From Candidatus Sysuimicrobiota bacterium (GTDB lineage: Bacteria > Sysuimicrobiota > Sysuimicrobiia > Sysuimicrobiales > Sysuimicrobiaceae), in NCBI GenBank assembly GCA_040289515.1, contig PSLI01000003.1, forward strand, positions 1 to 64,000: a stretch of DNA of 64,000 bases, read 5' to 3'. The stretch's first letter is position 1, and every line of letters starts with the position of its first letter. A program made the translations under genes and the position numbers. Of the stretch, positions 1 to 10,058 are shown piece by piece. Below the pieces are notes generated by a model that worked only from the letters and a program-made list of their open reading frames with translations, was not told the DNA's origin and searched no databases.

Positions 1-317
1 AGGTTTTGCGGCAGGCGTACGAGGCTACGGCGCGGGGCGGGGTGACGGTGACCGTGGGGCTGCCGCACCCCAGTCGCCTGTTGAGCCTGCCCGCGGTCTC
101 CCTCACCGTGGAGGAACGGACCCTCCGGGGGTCGTACATGGGGTCTGCGGTGCCCCGGCGGGACATTCCCAGGCTCATCCACCTGTGGCAAGCAGGGCTC
201 CTGCCCGTGGAGCGCCTCGCCACGCGGGAGCTGCGGTTGCAGGACATCAACGCGGGTTTCGACGCCCTGGCGGAGGGCCAGGTGGCCCGGCAGCTGGTGG
301 TGATGTCTGAGGGCTGA
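1..317 (+). CDS. Zn-dependent alcohol dehydrogenase (MDR family), C-terminal part; 5' end lies outside the window
   Basis: EERTLRGSYMGS...RDIPRLI...LQDINAGFDAL...RQLV is typical of the class III/MDR ADH C-terminus. Confidence 0.85.
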   Translation, partial: VLRQAYEATARGGVTVTVGLPHPSRLLSLPAVSLTVEERTLRGSYMGSAVPRRDIPRLIHLWQAGLLPVERLATRELRLQDINAGFDALAEGQVARQLVVMSEG

Positions 318-374
318 AGACGGGGACCGTTGCGAGCGCGACAGAAGACAAAAAAAACAGAAAAGGAGGGGGAT

Positions 375-1673
375 ATGTGTAAATCGCTCGCGTGGGCTTT
401 CGTAGCGCTGGTGGTCCTGACCATGCCCGCGTGGCCGGCGCCCGCGGGAGAGGTGCTGTTCACCTCCAACCAGCTCACTCCGGTGGAGGAGCAGGAGTGG
501 GCGCGGAACACCCTGCTGGCCCGTTTCACCCAGGAGACAGGGATTGCGGTGCGCTTTGTCACGGAGCCCGAGGGCCCGTACGTGGACCGCCTGATGGCCG
601 AAGCTCGGGCGGGTCGGGGCAGCATCGACCTCACCGGGACCCTGCACGGGATCTTCCCCGTGTTGGTGGCGGAGCGGGTGGTACAGGACATGGCCGACGT
701 GCAGAGGCGGCTGGAGGCTCGCCGGGACCGCACTTTCTACCGGGACCTCGTGGCGGTGGCGCGCATGGAGGGGATCCAAGCCTTTGTGCCCTGGATGCAG
801 GCCACCTACCTGATCGCGGCGCGCCGGGAAGCCCTGCGGTACTTCCCGCAGGGACGCAACCCCATGCGCATGACGTACGACGACCTCCTGCAGTGGGGTC
901 AGAACATCCGGGAGGCCACGGGGCAGCGGCGGCTGGGCTTCCCTGCAGGGCCCCGCGGGTTGTACGGGCGGTTCCTGCACGGGTATGCGTACCCGTCGTT
1001 CACGGGCTCGCAGGTGAAGCGCTTCAAATCCCGAGAGGCGGTGGGGATGTGGCAGTACCTGCGCCGTCTGTGGGGCGTCACGCACCCCTCGTCCTTCCGG
1101 TACGAGTTCATGCACGAGCCCCTGCTGCTGGGCGAGGTGTGGGTGGCGTGGGACCACACCGCGCGCCTGCTGCCGGCACTGCGCCAGCGGCCCGAGGAGT
1201 TCGTGGTCCTGCCCTCGCCCGCGGGTCCCAGGGGTCGGTCGTTCCTGTCCGTGGTGGTGGGCGTGAGCTTGACCCGGTGGGCTCCGAACCCGGACGGCGC
1301 CGTGCGGCTCGTGGAGTACCTGACGCGTCCGGCCACCCAGGTCCTCACCCTGCAGGGGGTGGGTTTCTTCCCCGTGTCCCCGGAGGCCGCCCAGGTGGTG
1401 CCCACGGGGGGCCTGAAGGTGATGGCCGATGGAGTGGCGGCCCAGGCGAGCGCTCCGGACGCCCGGACAGCTCTGCTGCCCGTGGGTCTGGGAGCGCGCA
1501 CGGGGGAGTTCGTACCCATCTACGTGGACACGTTCCGCCTGATTGCCATCGAGGGGCGGCCGATTGAGGAGGTGCTGGCGGGCCAGGCGCGGCGGCTGGA
1601 GGAGCTGTACCGCGTCACCAACGCCCCCTGCCCGCCGCCGGATCCTGCCGAGCGGCCCTGCCGTCCCGACTGA
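375..1673 (+). CDS. Sugar ABC transporter substrate-binding protein
   Basis: RBS AAGGAGG before ATG375; signal peptide; SBP_bac_1-like; precedes two permeases and an ATPase. Confidence 0.88.
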   Translation: MCKSLAWAFVALVVLTMPAWPAPAGEVLFTSNQLTPVEEQEWARNTLLARFTQETGIAVRFVTEPEGPYVDRLMAEARAGRGSIDLTGTLHGIFPVLVAERVVQDMADVQRRLEARRDRTFYRDLVAVARMEGIQAFVPWMQATYLIAARREALRYFPQGRNPMRMTYDDLLQWGQNIREATGQRRLGFPAGPRGLYGRFLHGYAYPSFTGSQVKRFKSREAVGMWQYLRRLWGVTHPSSFRYEFMHEPLLLGEVWVAWDHTARLLPALRQRPEEFVVLPSPAGPRGRSFLSVVVGVSLTRWAPNPDGAVRLVEYLTRPATQVLTLQGVGFFPVSPEAAQVVPTGGLKVMADGVAAQASAPDARTALLPVGLGARTGEFVPIYVDTFRLIAIEGRPIEEVLAGQARRLEELYRVTNAPCPPPDPAERPCRPD

Positions 1674-1679
1674 CAACCG

Positions 1680-2564
1680 TTGATGGTGCATCGAGTCCGG
1701 GAGCCCAGACACCCCTGGAGGCCTGCGGCCCTCACGCCGTACCTGTTGGTGCTGCCCGTGTTGGCCTACCTGGGGGTGTTCCTCCTGTACCCCATGATGC
1801 AGGCGGTGCGGCTGGGTTTCTCGGACCCGGCGGGGACCTGGACCCTGGAGTACGTGCGCCGAATGGCCTCCGACCTATACTTCTGGCCCGCGGTGCGCTA
1901 TACGGTCAGCATCACCGCCCTGGTGATTCCCCTGCAGGTGATTTTGGGCCTGTGCATCGCCTTGCTGGTGAACACCCGGTTTTTTGGGCACACCGCCTTT
2001 CTGTACGTGTGCGCCATCCCCCTAGCGGTTTCCGATCTGGCCGCGGGGCTCATCTGGCTTTCGGTGTTCACGGAGCGGGGCTACCTCAACACAGCTCTGG
2101 TGCAGTGGGGGATCCTGCGGGCGCCGTTGAACTTCCTCAGCCACGAACACCCGGGCTGGCTGGTGGGTGCGGTGGTGGCTACGGAGGTGTGGCGCGCCAC
2201 CGCCATCGTGATGGTGGTGCTGGTGGCGGGGCTCCAGCTGCTGCCCCGGGACTACGTGGAGACTGCGGCGGTGTTCGGGGCCAGCCGGTGGCAGACCCTC
2301 CGCCACGTGCTGCTCCCCCTGCTGCGTCCGAGCCTGCAGACCGCCCTCATCATCCGTACCGTGCTGGCCTTCCAGCTGTTTGCCACGGTGGTCACCCTCA
2401 CGGGACGATTGGTTCCGGTTCTCGCCGGGGAGACCTACTTCTGGTACACGCTTTACCGGAACCCGCACGTGGCCAGCGCCTACGCCACCCTGATCCTGCT
2501 GCTGTCGAGCCTTGTGACCTGGGTGTACCTGCGGGCCCTGCGTCCCGCGGGGGAGGGCGGTTAG
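1680..2564 (+). CDS. Sugar ABC transporter permease (MalF-like)
   Basis: Multiple TM segments; EAA-type loop YVETAAVFGASRWQ. Confidence 0.9.
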   Translation: MMVHRVREPRHPWRPAALTPYLLVLPVLAYLGVFLLYPMMQAVRLGFSDPAGTWTLEYVRRMASDLYFWPAVRYTVSITALVIPLQVILGLCIALLVNTRFFGHTAFLYVCAIPLAVSDLAAGLIWLSVFTERGYLNTALVQWGILRAPLNFLSHEHPGWLVGAVVATEVWRATAIVMVVLVAGLQLLPRDYVETAAVFGASRWQTLRHVLLPLLRPSLQTALIIRTVLAFQLFATVVTLTGRLVPVLAGETYFWYTLYRNPHVASAYATLILLLSSLVTWVYLRALRPAGEGG

Positions 2565-2566
2565 CC

Positions 2567-3370
2567 GTGCGGGCGGTCGCCACCTACGCGGCCGTCGTGG
2601 TGCTGGGTGCCTGGGTGCTTCTCCCTCTCGCCCTCATCGCCCTCGCGGCGGTCACGCCGCGGGAGGAGCTGTATCGCTGGCCGCGTCCTGTGTGGCCGGA
2701 GCGCGTCTCGCTTGCCACCCTGGAGTCCTTCGTGCGGCAGGAGGGGGTGCTGGCGGCGCTGCGCAACAGCCTAGCGGTGGGGGGCTTGACCGTCGTCACC
2801 ACCACGGCTCTGAGCGCACCCGCGGGTTACGCCCTGGCCCGCTACCGCTTCGGAGGCCGTGACGCGGTGCAGCTGGGGATCTTGGCGGCCAAGATGTTTC
2901 CCGCCACGGCTCTGGCCGTCCCCCTGGCGGTGGCCTTCCTTCGGTGGGGTCTGTACGATACCCTTTTGGGCGTAGCGCTGGTGCACACCGCCTTGAGCGT
3001 GCCCTTCGTGGTCCTCATCGTGGCCAGCGTTTTCCGCAGCGTGCCCGTGGAAGTGGAGGAGGCGGCCATGAGCCTCGGCGCCAGCCGGCTGGGGGCCTTC
3101 CTGCGGGTGACACTCCCCATGGCGGTGCCGGGGCTGGCCGCTGCCGCCATCTTCACTTTTATCCTGTCGTGGAACGAGGTGTTCGCAGCGACTCTCCTCA
3201 CGGTGAACCATCGCACGCTTCCAGCCCTTGTGGTGCACGCGGTGATGGCGGAGGGGGCTCCCCTGCACTACCGTTATGCGGGGGGCCTGTTCCTGGTGCT
3301 TCCCGCCCTGGTGATCCTTTTCGTGATCCGCCGCTACCTGCTGACGCTGTGGGCCGTCACCGTGAGGTGA
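2567..3370 (+). CDS. Sugar ABC transporter permease (MalG-like)
   Basis: GTG2567 in the 1952..3370 frame; EEAAMSLGAS EAA loop; FILSWNE. Confidence 0.9.
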   Translation: MRAVATYAAVVVLGAWVLLPLALIALAAVTPREELYRWPRPVWPERVSLATLESFVRQEGVLAALRNSLAVGGLTVVTTTALSAPAGYALARYRFGGRDAVQLGILAAKMFPATALAVPLAVAFLRWGLYDTLLGVALVHTALSVPFVVLIVASVFRSVPVEVEEAAMSLGASRLGAFLRVTLPMAVPGLAAAAIFTFILSWNEVFAATLLTVNHRTLPALVVHAVMAEGAPLHYRYAGGLFLVLPALVILFVIRRYLLTLWAVTVR

Positions 3371-3373
3371 CCC

Positions 3374-4450
3374 ATGGCAGAGGTCTCTTTGGAGAACCTG
3401 CACAAGCGCTTCGGCCACGTGGTAGCCGTGCGGGACCTGAGCCTGCAGGTGGCGGAGGGGGAGTTCGTGGTGCTGCTCGGACCCTCGGGTTGCGGGAAAA
3501 CCACCGTGCTCCGGATCCTTGCGGGGCTGGAGACACCCGACCGTGGGCGGGTGCGGATCGGGGGTCGGGACGTTACGCGGCTTCCGCCCGGCCGGCGCGA
3601 CATCGGCATGGTGTTTCAGAGCTACGCCCTGTTTCCCCACATGCGGGTGTTCGACAACGTGGCCTTCGGGCTGCGCATGCGGGGGGTTCCGGAGCCAGAG
3701 CAGCGCCGGCGCGTGGAGGAGGTAGCGGAGCTGCTGCAGATCCGGGACCTGCTGGACCGGTGGCCTGCCCAGCTTTCGGGAGGCCAGCGTCAACGGGTGG
3801 CGGTGGCCCGCGCCCTGGTGGTGCGACCCCAGGTGCTCCTCATGGACGAGCCCCTCAGCAACCTAGACGCCCTGCTGCGGCTGCACTTCCGGGCGGAGCT
3901 CAAGCGTCTACAACGGGAGGTAGGTTCGACCACCGTGTACGTGACCCACGACCAGGTGGAGGCCATGAGCCTGGGGGACCGGGTGGCAGTCGTGCGGGAC
4001 GGGCGGCTGGTGCAGTTCGGCCCCCCTGCGGAGATCTACCACGACCCCGTGGATCGGTTCGTAGGCTCCTTCATCGGCAGCCCGCCCATGAACTTCCTGC
4101 AGGCCGTCGTGGATCCGGAGGATGGCCGTCTGCGGGTGGAGGATGTGAAGCTACCCGCACCCCTTGCGTACGCGCATGCTCTGGCGGAGCGTCGAGGGCA
4201 GGCGGTCCTGGTGGGCATCCGGCCGGAACATGTGGTGGTGGACACAGGTCCCCTGCGGGGCGAGGTGGTGGTGGCAGAGCCTTTGGGTGCCCAAAAGCTG
4301 CTGACGGTGCGCACCCTCCGGCACGAGCTCAAGGTGACTGTGGGTTCGGACCGGCCTGCAGACGCGGGCCAGCGCGTGAGCCTGGACCTGCCCACGGGGC
4401 ACCTCCGCCTCCTGGACGCTCGTACGGAGCGGGCGTTGCCACGGCTCTGA
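3374..4450 (+). CDS. Sugar ABC transporter ATP-binding protein (MalK/UgpC-like)
   Basis: Walker A GPSGCGKT, LSGGQRQR, LLMDEPLSNLD, C-terminal TOBE region. Confidence 0.95.
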   Translation: MAEVSLENLHKRFGHVVAVRDLSLQVAEGEFVVLLGPSGCGKTTVLRILAGLETPDRGRVRIGGRDVTRLPPGRRDIGMVFQSYALFPHMRVFDNVAFGLRMRGVPEPEQRRRVEEVAELLQIRDLLDRWPAQLSGGQRQRVAVARALVVRPQVLLMDEPLSNLDALLRLHFRAELKRLQREVGSTTVYVTHDQVEAMSLGDRVAVVRDGRLVQFGPPAEIYHDPVDRFVGSFIGSPPMNFLQAVVDPEDGRLRVEDVKLPAPLAYAHALAERRGQAVLVGIRPEHVVVDTGPLRGEVVVAEPLGAQKLLTVRTLRHELKVTVGSDRPADAGQRVSLDLPTGHLRLLDARTERALPRL

Positions 4451-4457
4451 AACCGCC

Positions 4458-6299
4458 GTGCACGGCCCCCGGACGCCGGTCAGGAAACCGTGGGACGTGG
4501 GCGATGGACAGGTGGCCGCTGCGGTGGGCACCACTGCCCAGGTGCTGTCCGTCCACGGTCCCCACCCCCGCTGGGGATGGGTGCACCTGAGCAGCTTCCT
4601 CCCCTTCGACGAATCCAGCCGCCACGATCCCGATGCGGTGCGCGCGTACCGCCGCCGCCTCGAGGATCCGGACGGCCCGGGCCTGCGGCTCACAGTACAG
4701 GATCTGGAGCTGGTAGGCCGGCGGTGGAAAAAAGGGGCCGTGCCGGAGTTCACGTACAGAGGTCCGCACATGACCGGGCAGCTCACAGTCTTCGCCGCCG
4801 ACGGCCGGCTCCTGCTCTGGATGCGGGTTCGCCCTGCGGGAAGCTGCGCTCCCAGGCGCGTGCGGGCGCGGTTTGAGGCAAGCTGGTGGGTGCACCGGGC
4901 GGCTTACGCGCAGATCACCGAGGGCGGGCCGCTGCCCCGCCCCGAGGCCACCAACTACCTCCGCGGGGCAGGGGGTGCGCTGGTGTGGGAGTCACCGGGC
5001 CTGCCCGCCTGGGGGGTGGTGTGGCCGGTACACACCTGCCTGGCACAGCAGGGACGCGGTCCCCTACGGGTGACTTGGGAGGAGGAGTGGAGCCTGGATG
5101 CCGGTGAAGTCCATCGGGTGCTGGCGGTGCAGCTGTTCAGCCGACGTCCCGAGCTTTGCCTTCCAAAGCCGCAGGTGGAGGAACTCGAGGCGATCCTGGA
5201 GCGAGTGGTCCGGGACCGCCTGTGGGTCGCACCGCTGCCCCGCAACCCTCGCCTCCGGAGGTTCGTCCACCGGCAGCTGGTGTTCGTGCTGGATGCGTGC
5301 GCGGTGGGTGTGGACGGGGCGACGTGCCTGGTGACCGACCCGGTGCTGCTACCGCTGTCGTGGAACCGGGACAGCTACTACATGGCGTGTCTGCTGGGCG
5401 CCGCGGTGCGAACCGGTCAAGGGCCCCTGTGCCAGCGAGCCCGCTCGGCGCTGGTGGGACACCTCCGGTGGCTGTTCCGAGTGGCTCAGCGGCCCTCGGG
5501 CTGGTGGGCTCGCAGCTACCTTACCGGTGGGGCGGTGAAGGACCCTGCCTACCAGCTGGACCAGCAGTGGTACCCGATCCTGGAGGCGGTACGGGCGGCG
5601 CTGGACTGGGGAGTCGCCGAGGCGTGGCGGGAGCACGGGCGGGAGGTCGTGGATGCGGCGCGGCGGCTGCTGGAGGCAAGACACCCCAACGGCCTGTGGC
5701 CCACCTCCGAAACTCCCGCGGACGACCCCCTTCCTCTCCCGTACCACTTCTCGTCCCACGTGCTGGCTTGGAGGACCCTGAATCTGCTGGCAGAGCTGGA
5801 CCCAGGCGGTCCGTGGCGGTGGGAGGCCGCCCGCGTGCGAAAAGCCAGCCTGGCCGCCTTCCGTGCGCCCGATGGCACCTTCGCCTATGCCACCGACGGA
5901 AAGCGCTACCTGAGCTATCACGACGCCAACGACCTGCCCGTGGCGTGCGCGCCCCGTTGGGGCTTCTGCAGTTCGAAGGACCCGTGGTGGCACAAGACGG
6001 TGGCCTTCGCGTGGAGCACCGAAAACCCCGGGTTCTTCGCGGGACCGTACGGGAGCCTGGGGTCGCGCCACGCGCCCGGTCCGTGGACGCTAGGCGACCT
6101 GCAGGCGTGGATCGTAGGCATGTGCACCGCAGATCGGGCCCGCCTCCGCCAGGCGTGGCACCGGCTCCGCCGCGTGGCCTTCGACGATGACCTTTTGTGC
6201 GAGTCGTACGACCCGCACACCGGTCGGCCCCGCACGCGGGCGTACTTCGCGTGGCCGGGCGCGGCGGCAGCGGCCCTGCTTTTGGGCGATCCGCTGTAA
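4458..6299 (+). CDS. Glycoside hydrolase, GH125-like (alpha/alpha)6 barrel, putative alpha-mannosidase
   Basis: SWNRD, QLDQ, ETPADDP..PY, YHDANDLP and YFAWPG resemble GH125 motifs; lies within the sugar ABC operon; start uncertain. Confidence 0.65.
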   Translation: MHGPRTPVRKPWDVGDGQVAAAVGTTAQVLSVHGPHPRWGWVHLSSFLPFDESSRHDPDAVRAYRRRLEDPDGPGLRLTVQDLELVGRRWKKGAVPEFTYRGPHMTGQLTVFAADGRLLLWMRVRPAGSCAPRRVRARFEASWWVHRAAYAQITEGGPLPRPEATNYLRGAGGALVWESPGLPAWGVVWPVHTCLAQQGRGPLRVTWEEEWSLDAGEVHRVLAVQLFSRRPELCLPKPQVEELEAILERVVRDRLWVAPLPRNPRLRRFVHRQLVFVLDACAVGVDGATCLVTDPVLLPLSWNRDSYYMACLLGAAVRTGQGPLCQRARSALVGHLRWLFRVAQRPSGWWARSYLTGGAVKDPAYQLDQQWYPILEAVRAALDWGVAEAWREHGREVVDAARRLLEARHPNGLWPTSETPADDPLPLPYHFSSHVLAWRTLNLLAELDPGGPWRWEAARVRKASLAAFRAPDGTFAYATDGKRYLSYHDANDLPVACAPRWGFCSSKDPWWHKTVAFAWSTENPGFFAGPYGSLGSRHAPGPWTLGDLQAWIVGMCTADRARLRQAWHRLRRVAFDDDLLCESYDPHTGRPRTRAYFAWPGAAAAALLLGDPL

Positions 6300-6344
6300 G
6301 CGGCCTCGGACATGCGCTGCTATCATGGGGGCGGAGGTGGCAGG

Positions 6345-7451
6345 ATGGCACGCGTGGCCGTCGCCATGAGCGGTGGTGTGGACAGTTCCGTGGCGGCTGC
6401 CCTACTGGTACAGCAGGGCCACGAGGTGGTGGGCTTCACCCTGCACCTGTGGCCGCCGTGGCTCCCGGATGACCACAACCCCCGGGCGTGCTGCGGGGTG
6501 GGTGCCGTGGAGGACGCGCGGGCGGTGGCCCAGGATCTGGGCATCCGCCACTACGTGCTGAACTTCCGGGAGGTCTTCGAGAAGGCGGTGATCCGCCCCT
6601 TCGCGGAGGGGTACGCTTCTGGCCGCACTCCCAACCCCTGCGTGGCGTGCAACCGGCACGTGAAGTTCTCCCTGCTCCTGGACCGAGCCCGCAGCCTCGG
6701 GATGGAGTTCCTGGCCACCGGGCACTACGCCCGCACCCGCAGGGACGGGGACGTGGTGCGCCTGTTGCGTGCCGCAGACCCCCGCAAGGACCAGTCGTAC
6801 GTGTTGTACGGACTTACGCAGCGCGAGCTCCCGCACGTGCGTTTCCCCGTGGGCGAGCTCACCAAGGATCAGGTGCGCGGGGTGGCCCGCGCCCTGGGGC
6901 TGCCCGTGGCGGGGAAGCCTGACAGCCAGGAGATCTGCTTCGTGCCGCGGGGACACTACACGGACGTGGTGGCCCGCTACGCGCCGGACGGCCTGCGGCC
7001 CGGTCCGGTGTACGACCTGAGGGGTCGGCGGCTGGGCACGCACGCGGGGCTTGCCCGCTACACCCTGGGGCAGCGGCGGGGTCTGGGCCTGGCTGCGGGC
7101 CAGCCCCTGTACGTGGTGGCCGTGGACCCGCAGCGCAACGCGGTGTTCGTGGGGACCGCGGAGGCCGCGCGGGCGTCTGAGGTGGTGGTAGAAGAGGTCA
7201 CCTGGACCACACAGCCCCCGGAGCAGCCCCGCGTGCGGGCGGAGGTGCGGGTTCGGCACGGCGGCCCCCTGGTGCCCGCATGGCTGGAGGTGGGCGAGCG
7301 GGTGCGGGTGCGGTTCAACGTGCCGCAATGGGCTCCCGGCCCCGGGCAGGTGGCCTGCTTCTACCGGGGCGAGGAGGTGCTGGGCGGTGGGATCGTGGCG
7401 GAGGTCAGGAGCCCCGCAGCGGAGCGCGTGGCGGAGCTGGTGGCGGTGTAG
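6345..7451 (+). CDS. mnmA: tRNA 2-thiouridine(34) synthase MnmA
   Basis: AMSGGVDSS, RTPNPCVACN, ATGHY, KDQSY, DSQEICF. Confidence 0.96.
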   Translation: MARVAVAMSGGVDSSVAAALLVQQGHEVVGFTLHLWPPWLPDDHNPRACCGVGAVEDARAVAQDLGIRHYVLNFREVFEKAVIRPFAEGYASGRTPNPCVACNRHVKFSLLLDRARSLGMEFLATGHYARTRRDGDVVRLLRAADPRKDQSYVLYGLTQRELPHVRFPVGELTKDQVRGVARALGLPVAGKPDSQEICFVPRGHYTDVVARYAPDGLRPGPVYDLRGRRLGTHAGLARYTLGQRRGLGLAAGQPLYVVAVDPQRNAVFVGTAEAARASEVVVEEVTWTTQPPEQPRVRAEVRVRHGGPLVPAWLEVGERVRVRFNVPQWAPGPGQVACFYRGEEVLGGGIVAEVRSPAAERVAELVAV

Positions 7452-7502
7452 GGCAGCGCGGGTGCGCCCGCGGCGGGAGGATGCGAAAAGGAGGGGATCG
7501 GA

Positions 7503-7847
7503 ATGAGCGAGGAGCGCCTGGAATTGCTGGCAGGCTTGGTGGTGGGTGCCCTGGTGGGGATGGGCGTGGGCATTGGGTTGGGTTTCCTGTTTGCTCCCAG
7601 ACCGGGCCGGGAGACGCGGGAGCTGGTGCGCAAGAAGGCCAGTGAGGTGGGCGAGCGGGTGCGGGAGCGGGCTCAGGAGGCTACCGACCGCGTGCGTTCT
7701 GCAGCCGCGGAGGCGGCGGAGAAGGCTAAGGAGGCGCTGCAGGAGGGCGTGGAGCGGGTGCGGCACGCTTACCAGCGGGGTGCGGAGGCGGCCCAGGAGA
7801 CCCGGGAGGAGATGCTGGGCCGGCTCGAGGAGCTGCAGGGGAGCTGA
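7503..7847 (+). CDS. YtxH domain protein
   Basis: N-terminal TM, then FLFAPRPGRETR and a helical coiled coil. Confidence 0.85.
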   Translation: MSEERLELLAGLVVGALVGMGVGIGLGFLFAPRPGRETRELVRKKASEVGERVRERAQEATDRVRSAAAEAAEKAKEALQEGVERVRHAYQRGAEAAQETREEMLGRLEELQGS

Positions 7848-7857
7848 GCGCGCCCCC

Positions 7858-9234
7858 TTGCGCCTGCCTAGGGACCCGCAGGCTCAGGCGGCCGTTCACG
7901 TGGTCGAGCGGCTGCGCCAGGCCGGGTTCGAAGCGTACCTGGCTGGCGGCTGCGTGCGGGATCTGTTGCTGGGCCGGTCCCCAAAGGACTACGACGTCGC
8001 CACCTCCGCCGCACCCGAGCAGGTGCAGGCCCTTTTTGACCGCACGGTGGCGGCGGGACTCACCTTCGGAGTGGTGCGGGTGGTGGTGGATGACCCGTCC
8101 GCGCCGGTGTCTGTGGAAGTGGCCACCTTCCGTACCGAGGGCCCCTACGAGGACGGCCGGCGCCCGAGCTCCGTGCGCTTTGCGGACGCGCGGGAGGACG
8201 TCCTGAGAAGGGACTTCACCATCAACGGCCTCCTGCTGGACCCCACCACCAGCCAGGTGCTGGACTGGGTCGGCGGCATGGAGGACCTGCAGCGGCGCGT
8301 GGTGCGCACCATCGGGGAGCCCACACAGCGCTTTGCGGAGGACCACCTGCGCATGCTGCGGGCCGTGCGCCTGAGCGCGGAACTTGGCTTCCAGGTGGAG
8401 GCGCAGACCCTGGAGGCCATCCGCCAGATGGCCCCGCTCATCCGCCGGGTGAGCGCGGAGCGCGTGCGGGATGAACTTGTTAGGCTGCTGACCGCGCCGG
8501 GCCGGGGCGAGGGCCTGCGGCTGCTGGAGCGCAGCGGCCTGCTGGAGCACCTGCTGCCGGAGGTGGCGCGCCTGCGGGGAGTGCCTCAACCCCGGGAGTT
8601 CCACCCGGAGGGGGACGTGTTCGAGCACACGGTGCGGGTGCTGGAGTTCCTCCAGGATCCGTCGGTCAGCTTGGCTTTCGGCGCCCTTCTGCACGACGTG
8701 GGCAAGCCCGAGACCAGGGAGGACGCCGAGCGCATCCGCTTTCCCCGGCACGACGCGGTAGGCGCCCGCATCGCGGAGCAGGTGGTGCGACGATTGCGTT
8801 TCAGCAACGAGCAGGCCGAGCGCATCGTGGCCCTCGTGCGGGGTCACATGCGGATCAAGGATTTCCCCCGCATGCGGGAGGGCAAGCGGCGCAGGGTCGC
8901 GGCTGCTCCAGAGTTTTCTGAACTGGTAGAGTTGCTGCGGGCGGACTGCCTGGCCTCCCACGGGGATCTGAGCGTCTACCGGTGGATCCAGCAGTGGCTG
9001 CAGGAGCGCCAGGCCGAAGGCCCGCTTCCTCCACGCCTGGTGACGGGCCACGACCTGGTTGCCCTGGGGCTGCAGCCGGGTCCGGTGTTCCGGGAGATCC
9101 TGGAGGCGGTGTACGAGGCGCAGCTGGAGGGCCGGGCGCGGACCCGGGAGGAGGCCCTGGCGCTGGCCCGCCAGGAGGCAGAGCGCCGGGGTGCCGGAGG
9201 AGAAGCCTCCGTCGGGGTCGAACCCCACGGTTGA
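7858..9234 (+). CDS. cca: CCA tRNA nucleotidyltransferase with HD domain
   Basis: AGGCVRDLLLGRSPKDYDVAT, RRDFTING, EDHLRMLRA, HPEGDVFEH, LLHDVGK; TTG7858 start inferred. Confidence 0.9.
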   Translation: MRLPRDPQAQAAVHVVERLRQAGFEAYLAGGCVRDLLLGRSPKDYDVATSAAPEQVQALFDRTVAAGLTFGVVRVVVDDPSAPVSVEVATFRTEGPYEDGRRPSSVRFADAREDVLRRDFTINGLLLDPTTSQVLDWVGGMEDLQRRVVRTIGEPTQRFAEDHLRMLRAVRLSAELGFQVEAQTLEAIRQMAPLIRRVSAERVRDELVRLLTAPGRGEGLRLLERSGLLEHLLPEVARLRGVPQPREFHPEGDVFEHTVRVLEFLQDPSVSLAFGALLHDVGKPETREDAERIRFPRHDAVGARIAEQVVRRLRFSNEQAERIVALVRGHMRIKDFPRMREGKRRRVAAAPEFSELVELLRADCLASHGDLSVYRWIQQWLQERQAEGPLPPRLVTGHDLVALGLQPGPVFREILEAVYEAQLEGRARTREEALALARQEAERRGAGGEASVGVEPHG

Positions 9235-10058
9235 TGCCTGGCCAGGAGCGGTCGCAGGTTATTGCCCTGGTGAACCAGAAGGGCGGGTGCGGGAAGACCA
9301 CCACCGTGGTCAACCTGGCCGCCTGCCTGGCCGCCCTGGGCCACGAGGTCCTCCTGGTGGACCTGGACCCGCAGGCCAACGCCACGGTGAGCCTGGGCCT
9401 GGACCCAGCGGCGTTGACGTCCACCCTGTACCACGTACTGGTGGACACCCCCACGGACGGCGGCGGGATACCGATGCAGGACATTCTGCACCCGAGCACG
9501 GTGGAGCGCCTGGTGGTGGCTCCCTCCTCCATTGACCTGGCGGGCGCGGAGCTGGAGCTGGTGGCCCGCATGGGCCGCGAGCACGCCCTGCGCCGCAAGC
9601 TGGCACCCGTGCGGGACCGCTACGACTTCGTGCTGGTGGACACCCCGCCGTCGTTGGGGCTGCTGACCCTGAACGCCCTGGTGGCCTGCGACCAGGTCAT
9701 CATCCCCATCCAGACCCACTACTACGCTTTGCTGGGGATGCGGCAGCTGATGCGCACCCTGCAGATGGTGCGGGACGAGGTGGGCCACGCGGTGGAGATT
9801 CTGGGGGTGGTGGCCACCATGTACGACGCGCGCAACAACATCAGCAAGGAGATCGTGCGGGGAATCTACGACTTCTTCGGGGACCGGGTGTTCCAGACGG
9901 TCATCCACTTCAGCATCAGGCTGGTGGAGTCCGCCATGGTGGGGGTTCCCATCTACCTGCACGAGCCCCAGTCCCGGGCAGCCCAGCAGTACATGGCGTT
10001 GGCGAAAGAGGTGATCGCCCGTGAGCAGGTCGCGGGAAGAGCTGCGGCGCGGAATTAG
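9234..10058 (+). CDS. ParA/Soj family ATPase (orphan, no parB alongside)
   Basis: NQKGGCGKTT deviant Walker A, DLDPQANAT, DTPPSLGLLTLNAL. Confidence 0.93.
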   Translation: MPGQERSQVIALVNQKGGCGKTTTVVNLAACLAALGHEVLLVDLDPQANATVSLGLDPAALTSTLYHVLVDTPTDGGGIPMQDILHPSTVERLVVAPSSIDLAGAELELVARMGREHALRRKLAPVRDRYDFVLVDTPPSLGLLTLNALVACDQVIIPIQTHYYALLGMRQLMRTLQMVRDEVGHAVEILGVVATMYDARNNISKEIVRGIYDFFGDRVFQTVIHFSIRLVESAMVGVPIYLHEPQSRAAQQYMALAKEVIAREQVAGRAAARN

